64,000 bases of DNA from Spirochaetia bacterium (GTDB lineage: Bacteria; Spirochaetota; Spirochaetia; SZUA-6; Bin103). Below are positions 41,967 through 51,261 of this stretch, one piece after another. The notes below the pieces were generated by a model that saw only the letters and a list, made by a program, of their open reading frames with translations, did no database searches and was not told the origin of the DNA. The stretch lies in NCBI GenBank assembly GCA_965199955.1, contig CBDATQ010000001.1:96001-160000 (forward strand), given 5' to 3'. Position numbers and translations under genes: made by a program. Each line of letters starts with the position of its first letter. Position 1 is the stretch's first letter.

Positions 41967-43304
41967 TCAGCCGATGGTGATGACGAGCTGGCCGCCCTTG
42001 AAGATGCGGATCTCGCCCGAGGACTCCGAGACGGCGATGCCGAGGGCGTCGGTGGCGGCGGTGATCGCCGCCGCCGCCGCATGACGGGCGCCCAGTCCGG
42101 GGGTCTGCGCGGGTGAGGCCGGGGCGCTCAGGAACGCGCCGGCCGACTCCACCACGCCGTCCCGGCGAACGACGAAGGCGCCGTCCATCAGCGCGTACTC
42201 CTTGATCGTCTCGTCCAGCGCCGGGTCGAGCAGGTTGCGCTCGTCGTCCGGGTAGCCGCGGAACGGGTTCATCACGAGCTGGCTGGTGTGGCCGAGCACG
42301 CGCTCGTGGTCGCCGACCACGAACAGCGCGCCCACCGGCCGGCCTTCCCGTCCCTGGGTCGCGAGCTCGCGGCCGATCTGCAGCACCCGCTCCAGCACCC
42401 CGCGCCGCGCCATCGCGGCGAGCGGCTGCCGGCGGACCGACGCGAAGGTCTCGAACTCCACGCCGACGTCCGTGACCACCACCGTGTCGAGCACGCCGGT
42501 GTCAGGCAGGCCGAAGACGCTGACGACGCGGTCTGCGTGGTCGATCACGCCGCGGGACAACGCCAGCAGGATGGCGACCTCCACCTGGCTGGACCGCGAA
42601 GGCACCGAGAACGGAATCAGTACCTGGTCCGAGAATCCCGCCGGCAGCGACGCCTCCGAAGCCGGATGCGAGCTGGCCAGAACCCCCCGGCGCTCAATGC
42701 CGAAGCCGCCCGCGGCGCCGAACTCCCGCACCATCGGCCGGGAGACTTCGTCCACGTGCAGGATGACCGTGCTGGCCTCCACCTCAGCGGCCAGCGCCCC
42801 GGCGTGCACCAGCACCCGCGCCGAGATCCGGTCGGCGCCGGCGCGGCTCGGCGCCCCGTCCGGACCTATGAGCAGCCGGCACACCGACTCCGGGCGGTCG
42901 GCCTGCAGCATCCGCTCGACCAGGCCCTTGTCCCGTAGCGTGGCGGCGATGTCGGCCAGCAGCGCCACGTGCCCGTCGGGGTCCAGCGAATCGCCAAGGA
43001 TCAGGAAGATCAGCGCGACGCGGCCGTCTTCGCCGGCGTCGTAGCTCACGCCGTCGAAGGAGCGGCCGATCACCACCACCGTCCGCCCGAAGCCGGGGAT
43101 CTGCAGGTGCGGGAACGCGATGCGGTCGGAGATGCGCGAGCTGAGCGCAAGCTCGCGCTGCCACAGGCCGTCCATCACCGCCTCCACGTCCAGCGGACCG
43201 CCTGAGCGGGCGGCCGCATGCACCAGCTCGGCCAGCGCGGCACGCTTGTCGCGGCTGCGCAGGAACACCACCCGCTCGACCGCCACCAGCTCGCGCAATT
43301 TCAT
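41967..43304 (-). CDS. PTS EIIA(Ntr/Fru-type)-diadenylate cyclase (DacZ-like) fusion
   Basis: N-terminal RELALSSRISDRIAFPH EIIA motif; C-terminal EGRPVGALF, MDGAF, GARH, VSESSG DAC motifs. Confidence 0.85.
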   Translation of the reverse strand: MKLRELVAVERVVFLRSRDKRAALAELVHAAARSGGPLDVEAVMDGLWQRELALSSRISDRIAFPHLQIPGFGRTVVVIGRSFDGVSYDAGEDGRVALIFLILGDSLDPDGHVALLADIAATLRDKGLVERMLQADRPESVCRLLIGPDGAPSRAGADRISARVLVHAGALAAEVEASTVILHVDEVSRPMVREFGAAGGFGIERRGVLASSHPASEASLPAGFSDQVLIPFSVPSRSSQVEVAILLALSRGVIDHADRVVSVFGLPDTGVLDTVVVTDVGVEFETFASVRRQPLAAMARRGVLERVLQIGRELATQGREGRPVGALFVVGDHERVLGHTSQLVMNPFRGYPDDERNLLDPALDETIKEYALMDGAFVVRRDGVVESAGAFLSAPASPAQTPGLGARHAAAAAITAATDALGIAVSESSGEIRIFKGGQLVITIG

Positions 43305-43378
43305 ACCGTGATTATGGCACTGCCGCGCGAGCGAGTGATCCCCTTGCGGGATCGTGCCGGGAACCGTAGCGTGCGCCG

Positions 43379-45067
43379 ATGCAGAACTATCGCGGCATGG
43401 CGCTCGATGCTGTCTCCGCCGCTCTCGGCGTGTTGGCGCCCGGCGCCGACGCCGGCGCGCTGAGCGTCGCCACGCCCCCCGACCCGTCGCTCGGCGATCT
43501 GTCCGTACCGTGTTTCCCGCTGGCCAGGGTGCTGCGGCGCGCTCCTGCGCAGATCGCCGCCGAGCTGGCCGCGGCCGTCGAGCTGCCGGCCGCCTTCCGG
43601 AGCGTGTCCGCCGACGGCGCGTACCTGAACTTCTTCGTCGATCCGGGCGACCTGCTCGCCGGCGCCGTCGGCGCCGTGCAGGCCGCCGGCGCGTCCTACG
43701 GGTCGAACGGCACCGGCATCGGCCGCACGGCGCTCCTGGAGCACACTTCGATCAATCCGAATGCCTCCCCGCACGTGGGGCGGGCGCGCAACGCGCTGAT
43801 CGGCGACGTGCTGGCCCGGCTGCTGCGCTTTGAGGGCTACGACCTGGAGGTGCGCTACTTCGTCAACGACGTCGGCAAGCAGATAGCGCTGCTGGTGCTG
43901 GCCGCCGGCGACCGCCAGGTGCCGTTCGCGGAGATCCTGGATCTCTACGTGCAGGCCAACGCCCGCCTGGAGCAGGACCCGGACCTGGAACGGCAGACGT
44001 TCGATCTGCTGCGCACGCTGGAGCAGGGCGACGCCGGCACGCGCCGCCGCTTCGACGCCATCGTCGACGTCTGCGTCGCCGGTCAGCGGGCCATCCTGGA
44101 GGCGCTGGACATCCGCCACGACCGCTTCGACAAGGAGTCGGAGTACCTCTGGAGCGGCCGCACCCGGGAGGTGATCGAGCGCCTTCGCCACACCGGCCGG
44201 CTGTCGACGGACGAGGAGGGCCGCTCCGTGCTCGACCTGGACGGCTACGACCTGCCGTCACGCAATCCGGTGGTGGTGCTGGAACGCTCCGACGGCACAT
44301 CCATGTACCAGCTCCGCGACATCGCCTACACCCTGGACAAGATCGACAGCGGCGCCGACCGCAACCTGATCGTGCTGGGCGAGGACCAGCGGCTGCACCA
44401 CCGGCAGCTCACCGCCGCAATCGACCTGCTGGGCGCGCAGGCGCCGGAGGTCGTGCACTACGCCTTCCTCAGCCTCGATGACGCCAGCATGTCGACGCGA
44501 TCCGGCAACGTGGTGCTCCTGGAGGAGTTCATGGCGGAAGCCGTCGAGCGCGCGGGCCGGGCGCTGACCGAGCGGGGCGTCGCCTTCGACCGCGAGCGCG
44601 CCGAGGCGGTCGCTCACGGCGCGGTCCGCTACAGCATCCTGCGCGTCGCCAACGAGAAGGTGGTACGCTTCGACTTCGAGGAGGCGCTCGCCTTCGAGGG
44701 CGACACCGGCCCGTACCTGCTGTACGGACACGCACGCATGTGCGCGTTGCTGCGCCGCCACGGGCAGCAGCTCCCGGAGAGCGCCGACTTCAACCTGCTG
44801 GCCGACGGCTCCGAGCTGGAGCTGGCCAAGGCGGTCGCCGGCTTCCCGGACGCGGTGTCCCGCACCCTGCGGGAGGCCAGCCCGCACGTGGTTGCCGACT
44901 ACCTGTACGGGCTGACCCGCGCCTTCACGGCGTTCTACCACGCCTGTCCGGTGCTGGACGCGCCACCTCCCCTGCGCGACGGCCGGTTGCTCCTGGTCGA
45001 CGCCGCGCGTCAGACCCTCCGCAACGGCATGCTCGTCCTCGGCATGCGGCCCCTGGAACGCATGTAG
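43379..45067 (+). CDS. argS: Arginine--tRNA ligase
   Basis: EHTSINPNASPHVGRARN, RSDGT, MSTRSGN, GDTGPYLLY, FYHACPVL, ends ERM. Confidence 0.95.
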   Translation: MQNYRGMALDAVSAALGVLAPGADAGALSVATPPDPSLGDLSVPCFPLARVLRRAPAQIAAELAAAVELPAAFRSVSADGAYLNFFVDPGDLLAGAVGAVQAAGASYGSNGTGIGRTALLEHTSINPNASPHVGRARNALIGDVLARLLRFEGYDLEVRYFVNDVGKQIALLVLAAGDRQVPFAEILDLYVQANARLEQDPDLERQTFDLLRTLEQGDAGTRRRFDAIVDVCVAGQRAILEALDIRHDRFDKESEYLWSGRTREVIERLRHTGRLSTDEEGRSVLDLDGYDLPSRNPVVVLERSDGTSMYQLRDIAYTLDKIDSGADRNLIVLGEDQRLHHRQLTAAIDLLGAQAPEVVHYAFLSLDDASMSTRSGNVVLLEEFMAEAVERAGRALTERGVAFDRERAEAVAHGAVRYSILRVANEKVVRFDFEEALAFEGDTGPYLLYGHARMCALLRRHGQQLPESADFNLLADGSELELAKAVAGFPDAVSRTLREASPHVVADYLYGLTRAFTAFYHACPVLDAPPPLRDGRLLLVDAARQTLRNGMLVLGMRPLERM

Positions 45068-45099
45068 TTCAAGACTGCGGAGATCGCCCAGAAGAGGGT

Positions 45100-45220
45100 G
45101 TGACTGTCGAGAAGAAGCCTCATGGAGAGCTGCGCGCCTGTCGCCGGGCGATTCCGACGGTTCCGACTGTTCTTCCGTTATGACGGCAGGGCAAAGGTGA
45201 TCGTCTATGCATGGATGAAC
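45100..45220 (+). pseudogene. Fragment of a YhaV-like (RelE superfamily) toxin
   Basis: RFRLFFRYDGRAKVIVYAWMN matches the recalled YhaV core RLFFRY...KxIxxAWVN; rest of gene absent. Confidence 0.6.
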
Positions 45221-45310
45221 GGCTTCAGGGCGGAGCCCGCAACCAGAGAGGTGACGGCGTCCGGCCGCGCGCCACTGCACCTCGAACAACAGGTCCGAGA
45301 GACGGAGGAC

Positions 45311-47194
45311 CTACGAGCTGTAGACGCCCAGAATGCGGTAGCTGGCGGTGAGATCGCGCAGCTCCGCCTCGGCGTTGCCGAGCGCGTCGGCGGCGGCGCC
45401 TAGGGCAACGTCGACGTAGAAGCGGTACTCCCAGGGGCGTCCGGGGATGGGGCGGGACTCCAGCTTGGTCATGTTGAGGTCGTGCTTGGCGAACACGGTC
45501 AGGCACTCCGAGAGCGCGCCGGGGCGGTCCGGGGTGGAGAACACCAGGGAGGCCTTGTCGGCCGGCGCCAGGGGTGGGTGGTCGGCCGCGGCGATGAGCA
45601 GGAACCGCGTGTAGTTCTGGGGGTTGTCCTCGATTCCCTGCTTGAGCACGCGCATCCGGTAGGTACGCGCCGCCTCCTCGCTGGCAATGGTGGCGTCGCT
45701 CATCTGTCCTTCGCGGGCCAGGTGGGCGACCGCTCCGGCGGTGTCGTAGAACGACACCGACTGCCAATCATGCTCGCTCAGATAGCGCTGGCACTGCGCC
45801 AGTCCCTGCGGGTGCGAATAGACGCGCCTGATGCCGTCGATGGTCGCGCCTGGCCGGCCGATCAGGTTGTGCACGATGCGGATGTTGCGCTCGGCGACGA
45901 TCGTCAGGTCCGGAAACTGCAGCAACAGCTCGAAGTTCTGGTGAATGGTGCCGGTCAGCGAGTTCTCGACCGGCAGGGCGCCGTAGCGGCAGGCGCCCGA
46001 CAGCACCGCCTCGAACACGTCCCGGAACTCCCGGCACGGCACGGGCTCGGCGCGTTCCAGGAAGCGGCGGATGGCGATCTCGCTGTTGGCGCCCATCTCC
46101 CCCTGGAAGGCGACCCTGGGCAGCTCGCCGTCGTCGCCCGCGGGACGCGGCGTCGCGGTCTTGGCCGCTCCCAGCGGCAACCGCGCCACCTCCATGCCCA
46201 GAACGGCGGCCAGTCCGTCGATGTCGCGCATCAGCTTCTCGAACTGTGCCGGGTGCAGCGACTGCGGCCCGTCGGACAGCGCACGCTCCGGATCGGGGTG
46301 CACCTCCACGAGCAGTCCCTGTGCGCCGGCAGCCAGCGAGGCCAGCCCCATGGGCGGCACCCTGGAGCGGTCGTCGGTGCCCAGGCTGGGATCGACGATG
46401 ATCGGCAGGTGCGACAGCGCCTGCACGGCCGGCACCGCCGACAGGTCCAGCGTGCTGCGGGTGGCGGTCTCGAAGGTGCGGATGCCGCGCTCGCACAGGA
46501 TCACGTCCTCGGCGCCGTTGGCCAGCAGGTACTCGGCCGACATGAGCAGGTCGCGGACCCTGGCGCCCATGCCGCGCTTGAGCACTACCGGCTTGCCGAG
46601 GGCGCCCACCCGCCGCAGCAGGTCGAAGTTCTGCATGTTGCGGGCGCCGATCTGAAGCACGTCGACCAACTCGGCCATCTCCGCCAGGTGGTCGTGCGAC
46701 GACGCCTCCGACACCACCGGCATCCCGTGGCGGTCGCCCGCCTCGCGCAGGAAGCGCAGGCCCTCCAGCCCCAGACCCTGGAAGGAGTACGGCGAGGTGC
46801 GCGGCTTGATCGCTGCGCCGCGCAGCAGCACCGCACCGGACTCGGCCACCAGCGCGGCGCACTCCATGATCTGGTCGCGGCTCTCCACCACCGACGGGCC
46901 GGCGATCACGGCGATGCGCTGGCCGCCGATGCGGATGGGGCCCACCGATACCACCGTGTCGGCGCGCTGCACCTCTCGGGAAGCCAGCTTGTACGGCTTG
47001 GAGATCGGCAGCACCTTCTCGACCCCTTCGATCGCCTCGTACGCATGGGGATCGGTCACTCGCGGACCGACCGCGGCCAGCACGGTGCGCTCGCCGTCCT
47101 CGATCTGCCGCACCGTGAACCCCTGCTCCTGAAGCTCGCGGCGGACTGCCTGCCGGCGGGACTCGGAGATGCCGCGCGCCATAACGACTACCAT
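45311..47194 (-). CDS. ACT-DAHP synthase (type I-beta)-prephenate dehydratase-ACT fusion with degenerate metal site
   Basis: KPRTSPY, IGARNMQN, CERGIR (DAHPS); FQGE, PVENS, SHPQ, NYTRF, LESRP (PDT). Confidence 0.9.
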   Translation of the reverse strand: MVVVMARGISESRRQAVRRELQEQGFTVRQIEDGERTVLAAVGPRVTDPHAYEAIEGVEKVLPISKPYKLASREVQRADTVVSVGPIRIGGQRIAVIAGPSVVESRDQIMECAALVAESGAVLLRGAAIKPRTSPYSFQGLGLEGLRFLREAGDRHGMPVVSEASSHDHLAEMAELVDVLQIGARNMQNFDLLRRVGALGKPVVLKRGMGARVRDLLMSAEYLLANGAEDVILCERGIRTFETATRSTLDLSAVPAVQALSHLPIIVDPSLGTDDRSRVPPMGLASLAAGAQGLLVEVHPDPERALSDGPQSLHPAQFEKLMRDIDGLAAVLGMEVARLPLGAAKTATPRPAGDDGELPRVAFQGEMGANSEIAIRRFLERAEPVPCREFRDVFEAVLSGACRYGALPVENSLTGTIHQNFELLLQFPDLTIVAERNIRIVHNLIGRPGATIDGIRRVYSHPQGLAQCQRYLSEHDWQSVSFYDTAGAVAHLAREGQMSDATIASEEAARTYRMRVLKQGIEDNPQNYTRFLLIAAADHPPLAPADKASLVFSTPDRPGALSECLTVFAKHDLNMTKLESRPIPGRPWEYRFYVDVALGAAADALGNAEAELRDLTASYRILGVYSS

Positions 47195-47291
47195 GAAGCG
47201 GCGATTATCCACGACGGCGCGCGTGTTCCGCCAGTAGCCGGGTGCCGGCCCCCGCGCTGGCGCCCCGAACCCGAGAACCCTATACTGGAGC

Positions 47292-47840
47292 ATGCGCAAA
47301 CTGCTGGTGCAGTACGTCAAGGACCTGACGGCCGGCCGTCTGGCCTCGGGATTCGAGCATTCGGCGCGCGTCTACCACCTGGCGCGAGAGATCGGCGAGG
47401 GCATGGACTACGACGACGACGTCCTGCACGCCGCCTGCTTCCTGCACAACATCGAGACGCCGGCGCGTGGAGCCGGCGCTGCCACCGACCGGGCGCGGGT
47501 GCTGCTGAGCGAAGTCGGCTTCGACGTGAGCAAGGTCAATGCCGTGTGCCACGCGATCGCCGAGCACGCACCCGGCTCGCAGCCTGATGGACTGGAGGCG
47601 AAGCTGCTCTACGACGCAAACCTGCTGGATACCGTCGGCGCGGTAGGGTTCGCCCGCCTGTCGATCGGGGCGTTCTTCTGGCACCATCTGAAGACCATGG
47701 AAGAGGTCCTGGAGTTTCTGCGCGAGCGCCTTGCGTACTCGGAGCGGTTCTGCTTCGAGGTGTCGGCGCAGATGGCGCAGGAGAAGCTTGCCTTCATGCG
47801 CCACGCCGTCGACCAGTTCGAGGCCGAGCTGGCGCTCTGA
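47292..47840 (+). CDS. HD-superfamily protein with HD>HN substitution
   Basis: EHSARV, AACFLHNI, IAEH, YDANLLDTVGAVGFAR. Confidence 0.78.
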   Translation: MRKLLVQYVKDLTAGRLASGFEHSARVYHLAREIGEGMDYDDDVLHAACFLHNIETPARGAGAATDRARVLLSEVGFDVSKVNAVCHAIAEHAPGSQPDGLEAKLLYDANLLDTVGAVGFARLSIGAFFWHHLKTMEEVLEFLRERLAYSERFCFEVSAQMAQEKLAFMRHAVDQFEAELAL

Positions 47841-47876
47841 CGCCGATCCCGAATCACAGGCAGGGCAATACCCATC

Positions 47877-49442
47877 ATGCAACCACCGAGTTCGAGAGCG
47901 CCGGCCGATTTGCACCCATTGGAGGCGGCAGCGCTCCGCGAGGTGCAGCCGGGTGAGGACTACACGCCGGAAGCGCTGGCCGCGGCGGCCGGCCTGGTCC
48001 TGGGTCAGGTCAATCAGGTCATCTCCTGGCTCACCGGCAAGGGCTGGCTGGCCGAGACCAGCCGCGTCAGCGAGGTCGAGCACGATCTGACCGAGCTGGG
48101 CCGCTCGTATCAGCGCGACGGCACCCCGGAGGAGCGGATCCTCCGGCAGCTCGAAGGAGGTCCTCTGTCGCTGCCGGACCTTGCCGAGCGCACCGCGCTG
48201 GAGCAGCGCGAGGTGGGTTCGGCGTTCGGGACCCTCGCGCGCGCCCGCGCCGTGCGGATGGACGATCAGAAGCGCGCCATGGCGATCGGCGCCTCGCCGG
48301 CGGCGCTGACGACCGCCCGCCGCCTGCTTGACGCCGCCGTGGCCGGGCCGTTGCGGGAGTCGGCGCTTGCGGACGGCGACCGGGAGGTGCTGGCGACTCT
48401 CAGCCGGCGGCGCGGGGCGCGCGGGCCCTTCCGGGCGAGCGACCGGGAGACGGTCTTCTACCGCCTGACCGGGCAGGGAGCTCAGGTCGCGGCGGCGCTC
48501 GCCGCCGGTCCTGCGGGCGCGGCCGAGGCGATCGGCGTGCTGACCCCCGAGATCCTGGCGTCCGGCGCTTGGCGGGAGCGGGGCCTGCGCCTCTACAACG
48601 TCGAGACCCCGCCGAACCGGGTGCTGTTCGGCCGCCACAACCCGTACGCGACCTTCCTGGACGATCTCAAGGACAAGCTGGTTTCGCTCGGTTTCCAGGA
48701 GTTCGACGGGCCTCTGGTGGAGACCGAGTTCTGGAACTGCGACGCGCTCTTCATGCCGCAGTCCCACTCGGCGCGCGACGTCCACGACGTGTTCTACGTC
48801 AGGGAGCCGACCCACACCGCCTCGATCCCGGAGCGGTTCCTGGACCCGGTGGCCGATGCCCACGAGCGCGGCGGAAGGACCGGCAGCCGCGGCTGGGGCT
48901 ACCGCTTCGACCGCGACTTCACGCGCCGGCTGATCCTGCGCAGCCAGGGGACGGTGCTGTCGGCCAAGGCGCTCACCGGGGCCGAGGTTCCGGGCAAGTA
49001 CTTCGGAGTGGTGCGCTGTTTCCGGTACGACGACGTGGACGCCACCCACCTGGCCGACTTCTACCAGACCGAGGGGATCGTCCTGAGCGAGCGGGCCAAC
49101 CTGCGCTCGCTGCTGGGCCTGCTGGAGCTGTTCGCCAGGGAGGTGGCCAAGGCGACGGAGGTTCGCTTCGAGCCCGGCTACTTTCCGTTCACGGAGCCGT
49201 CGGTGGAGCTGTGGGTCAAGCACCCGCAGCTCGGCTGGTTCGAGCTGGGCGGAGCGGGCATCTTCCGCCCCGAGGTGTGCGATCCGATGGGGGTGGACGT
49301 ACCGGTGCTGGCGTGGGGGCTTGGCATCGACCGCATGGCGCTGCTGTCGCTGGGGCTGGACACGGTGCGAGAGCTGTTCTCGGAGGATATCGAGCGCGTG
49401 CGCACGCGCGCCGCGGCGGCCGCCGCCGGCGGGAGGGCGTAG
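47877..49442 (+). CDS. pheS: Phenylalanine--tRNA ligase alpha, long archaeal/eukaryote-type
   Basis: 521 aa; FWNCDALFMPQSHSARD, DATH, YFPFTEPS, WGLGIDR. Confidence 0.96.
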   Translation: MQPPSSRAPADLHPLEAAALREVQPGEDYTPEALAAAAGLVLGQVNQVISWLTGKGWLAETSRVSEVEHDLTELGRSYQRDGTPEERILRQLEGGPLSLPDLAERTALEQREVGSAFGTLARARAVRMDDQKRAMAIGASPAALTTARRLLDAAVAGPLRESALADGDREVLATLSRRRGARGPFRASDRETVFYRLTGQGAQVAAALAAGPAGAAEAIGVLTPEILASGAWRERGLRLYNVETPPNRVLFGRHNPYATFLDDLKDKLVSLGFQEFDGPLVETEFWNCDALFMPQSHSARDVHDVFYVREPTHTASIPERFLDPVADAHERGGRTGSRGWGYRFDRDFTRRLILRSQGTVLSAKALTGAEVPGKYFGVVRCFRYDDVDATHLADFYQTEGIVLSERANLRSLLGLLELFAREVAKATEVRFEPGYFPFTEPSVELWVKHPQLGWFELGGAGIFRPEVCDPMGVDVPVLAWGLGIDRMALLSLGLDTVRELFSEDIERVRTRAAAAAAGGRA

Positions 49443-49444
49443 GC

Positions 49445-51187
49445 ATGCCCAAGATCGACGTGGCCGACGGCCTGCTGGAGCGGTTCCTGGGCCGGCCGAT
49501 CGACGACGGGGAGCTTGAGCCGTTGCTGTCCTGCGCCAAGGCGGTGCTGGACGAGCGCGACCTGGATGCCGGCATCCGCCGCATCGAGCTCAACGACACC
49601 AACCGGCCCGACCTGTGGTCCACCGCCGGCCTGGCACGGCAACTGCGCGCTCGGCTGGGCGAGCCTCTTCCGTCCTACGACTGCTTTTCCAGGCCGGGGA
49701 CTCCCCTCCCCTCGCAGGAACGCGTCATCGAGGTCGACGCGGGGCTGAAGTCGCTACGGCCCTACATCGTCGGCTTCCAGGCGAGCGGGCCCGCGGTTGG
49801 CGAGGCCCTGCTGGTCGACCTGATCCAGACGCAGGAGAAGCTGTGCTGGAGCTTCGGCCGCAAGCGGCGGTCGATCGCCATGGGCGTTTACCGGGCCGGC
49901 CGCATGCGCTACCCGATCCGCTACATCGCCGCCGATCCGGATACCACCTCGTTCGCGCCCCTGCCTGCCGACGAGCAGCCGCCGCAGGAGATGAGCCTGC
50001 GCCAGGTGCTCGACGGCCATCCCAAGGGGGTGGAATTTGGCCCGATCATCGCCGGGTACGACCGCTATCCCTTTCTGGTGGATGCCGCAGGCGATGCGCT
50101 GAGCATGCCGCCGGTCATCAACAGCGCCGGGCTGGGGGCGGTCAAGCCGGACGACGACGACCTGTTCGTTGAGGTGACCGGCACCGATCTCAGCCACCTG
50201 TTGCTGGCCACCGCGGTCGTCGCCTGCGACCTGGCTGATGCCGGCTTCCGCATCCATCCGGTCACCACCAGGTACCCGTACGACACGCCGTTCGGCCGGG
50301 AGGTGACCGCGCCACTGACGTTCCAGGAGCCGGTCCGCGTCGAGCTGTCCTACGTGGGGCGGCTGCTTGGCGAGCCGATGACGGCCGGTGACGCGCTGGA
50401 CTCCCTGCGGCGCGCCGGCGTCGAGGCGGAGGTGTCCGGCGACATCCTGACGGTGCGTCCGCCGCCGTTCCGAAACGACTTCCTGCATGCCGTGGACGTG
50501 ATCGAGGAGGTGGTGATCGGCCGCGGGCTCGAGACGTTTCGCCCCACGCTGCCAGAGGACTTCACGGCCGGCCGGCTGACCGACGTCGAGCGGTTCAGCC
50601 GGCGCGCGCGGGCGCTGATGGTGGGACTGGGGTACGAGGAACTGATGGTCAGTTACCTCGGCTCGGAGCGCGACCACGTCGAGCGGATGCGGGCGGCCGG
50701 CGACGTGGAGCTGGACGGACAGGTGCTGCGCATCGCCAATCCGATCTCGGAGAGCTACGCGGTGGTCCGCGCCTCCAGCCTGCCCAGCCTGCTGCGCTGC
50801 GAGGCGGCCAGCGCACACGCCGTCTACCCGCACCGCCTGTTCGAGGTGGGCAAAGTCGCCCGCCGCGACGCCAGGGACGACTCCGGCACGGTGACGCGCA
50901 CCCATCTGGGCTTCCTGATCGCAGACGGTGCGGCCGGCTTCAACGACGTCAACGAGCACCTGGCTGGGTTGCTCTATTACCTGCGCATCCCCTACCGGCT
51001 GCGCGCGTGCGCCGATCGCAGGTTCACGCCGGGCCGCGCCGCGGAGGTGCTGGTCGGCGCCGACGATACGCGTGCCGGTGTGATCGGCGAGGTGCACCCG
51101 GAGACGCTGGCGGCGTGGGCGATCCAGATGCCGTGCGCCGCCTGCGAGCTGGAGCTGGAGACGCTGGAGGCGGCCACCTCGTCATAG
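49445..51187 (+). CDS. pheT: Phenylalanine--tRNA ligase beta, short archaeal-type
   Basis: NRPDLWS, QEKL, MPPVINS, PPFRNDFLHAVDVIEE, GEVHP; about 580 aa. Confidence 0.95.
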   Translation: MPKIDVADGLLERFLGRPIDDGELEPLLSCAKAVLDERDLDAGIRRIELNDTNRPDLWSTAGLARQLRARLGEPLPSYDCFSRPGTPLPSQERVIEVDAGLKSLRPYIVGFQASGPAVGEALLVDLIQTQEKLCWSFGRKRRSIAMGVYRAGRMRYPIRYIAADPDTTSFAPLPADEQPPQEMSLRQVLDGHPKGVEFGPIIAGYDRYPFLVDAAGDALSMPPVINSAGLGAVKPDDDDLFVEVTGTDLSHLLLATAVVACDLADAGFRIHPVTTRYPYDTPFGREVTAPLTFQEPVRVELSYVGRLLGEPMTAGDALDSLRRAGVEAEVSGDILTVRPPPFRNDFLHAVDVIEEVVIGRGLETFRPTLPEDFTAGRLTDVERFSRRARALMVGLGYEELMVSYLGSERDHVERMRAAGDVELDGQVLRIANPISESYAVVRASSLPSLLRCEAASAHAVYPHRLFEVGKVARRDARDDSGTVTRTHLGFLIADGAAGFNDVNEHLAGLLYYLRIPYRLRACADRRFTPGRAAEVLVGADDTRAGVIGEVHPETLAAWAIQMPCAACELELETLEAATSS

Positions 51188-51261
51188 GCCTCCTTCGTCG
51201 CCCCAACCGTCGCCGGTGGCTCCGGGGTGGCTCCGGGTTTTGGCCCATCCCCGCCTGTTCG

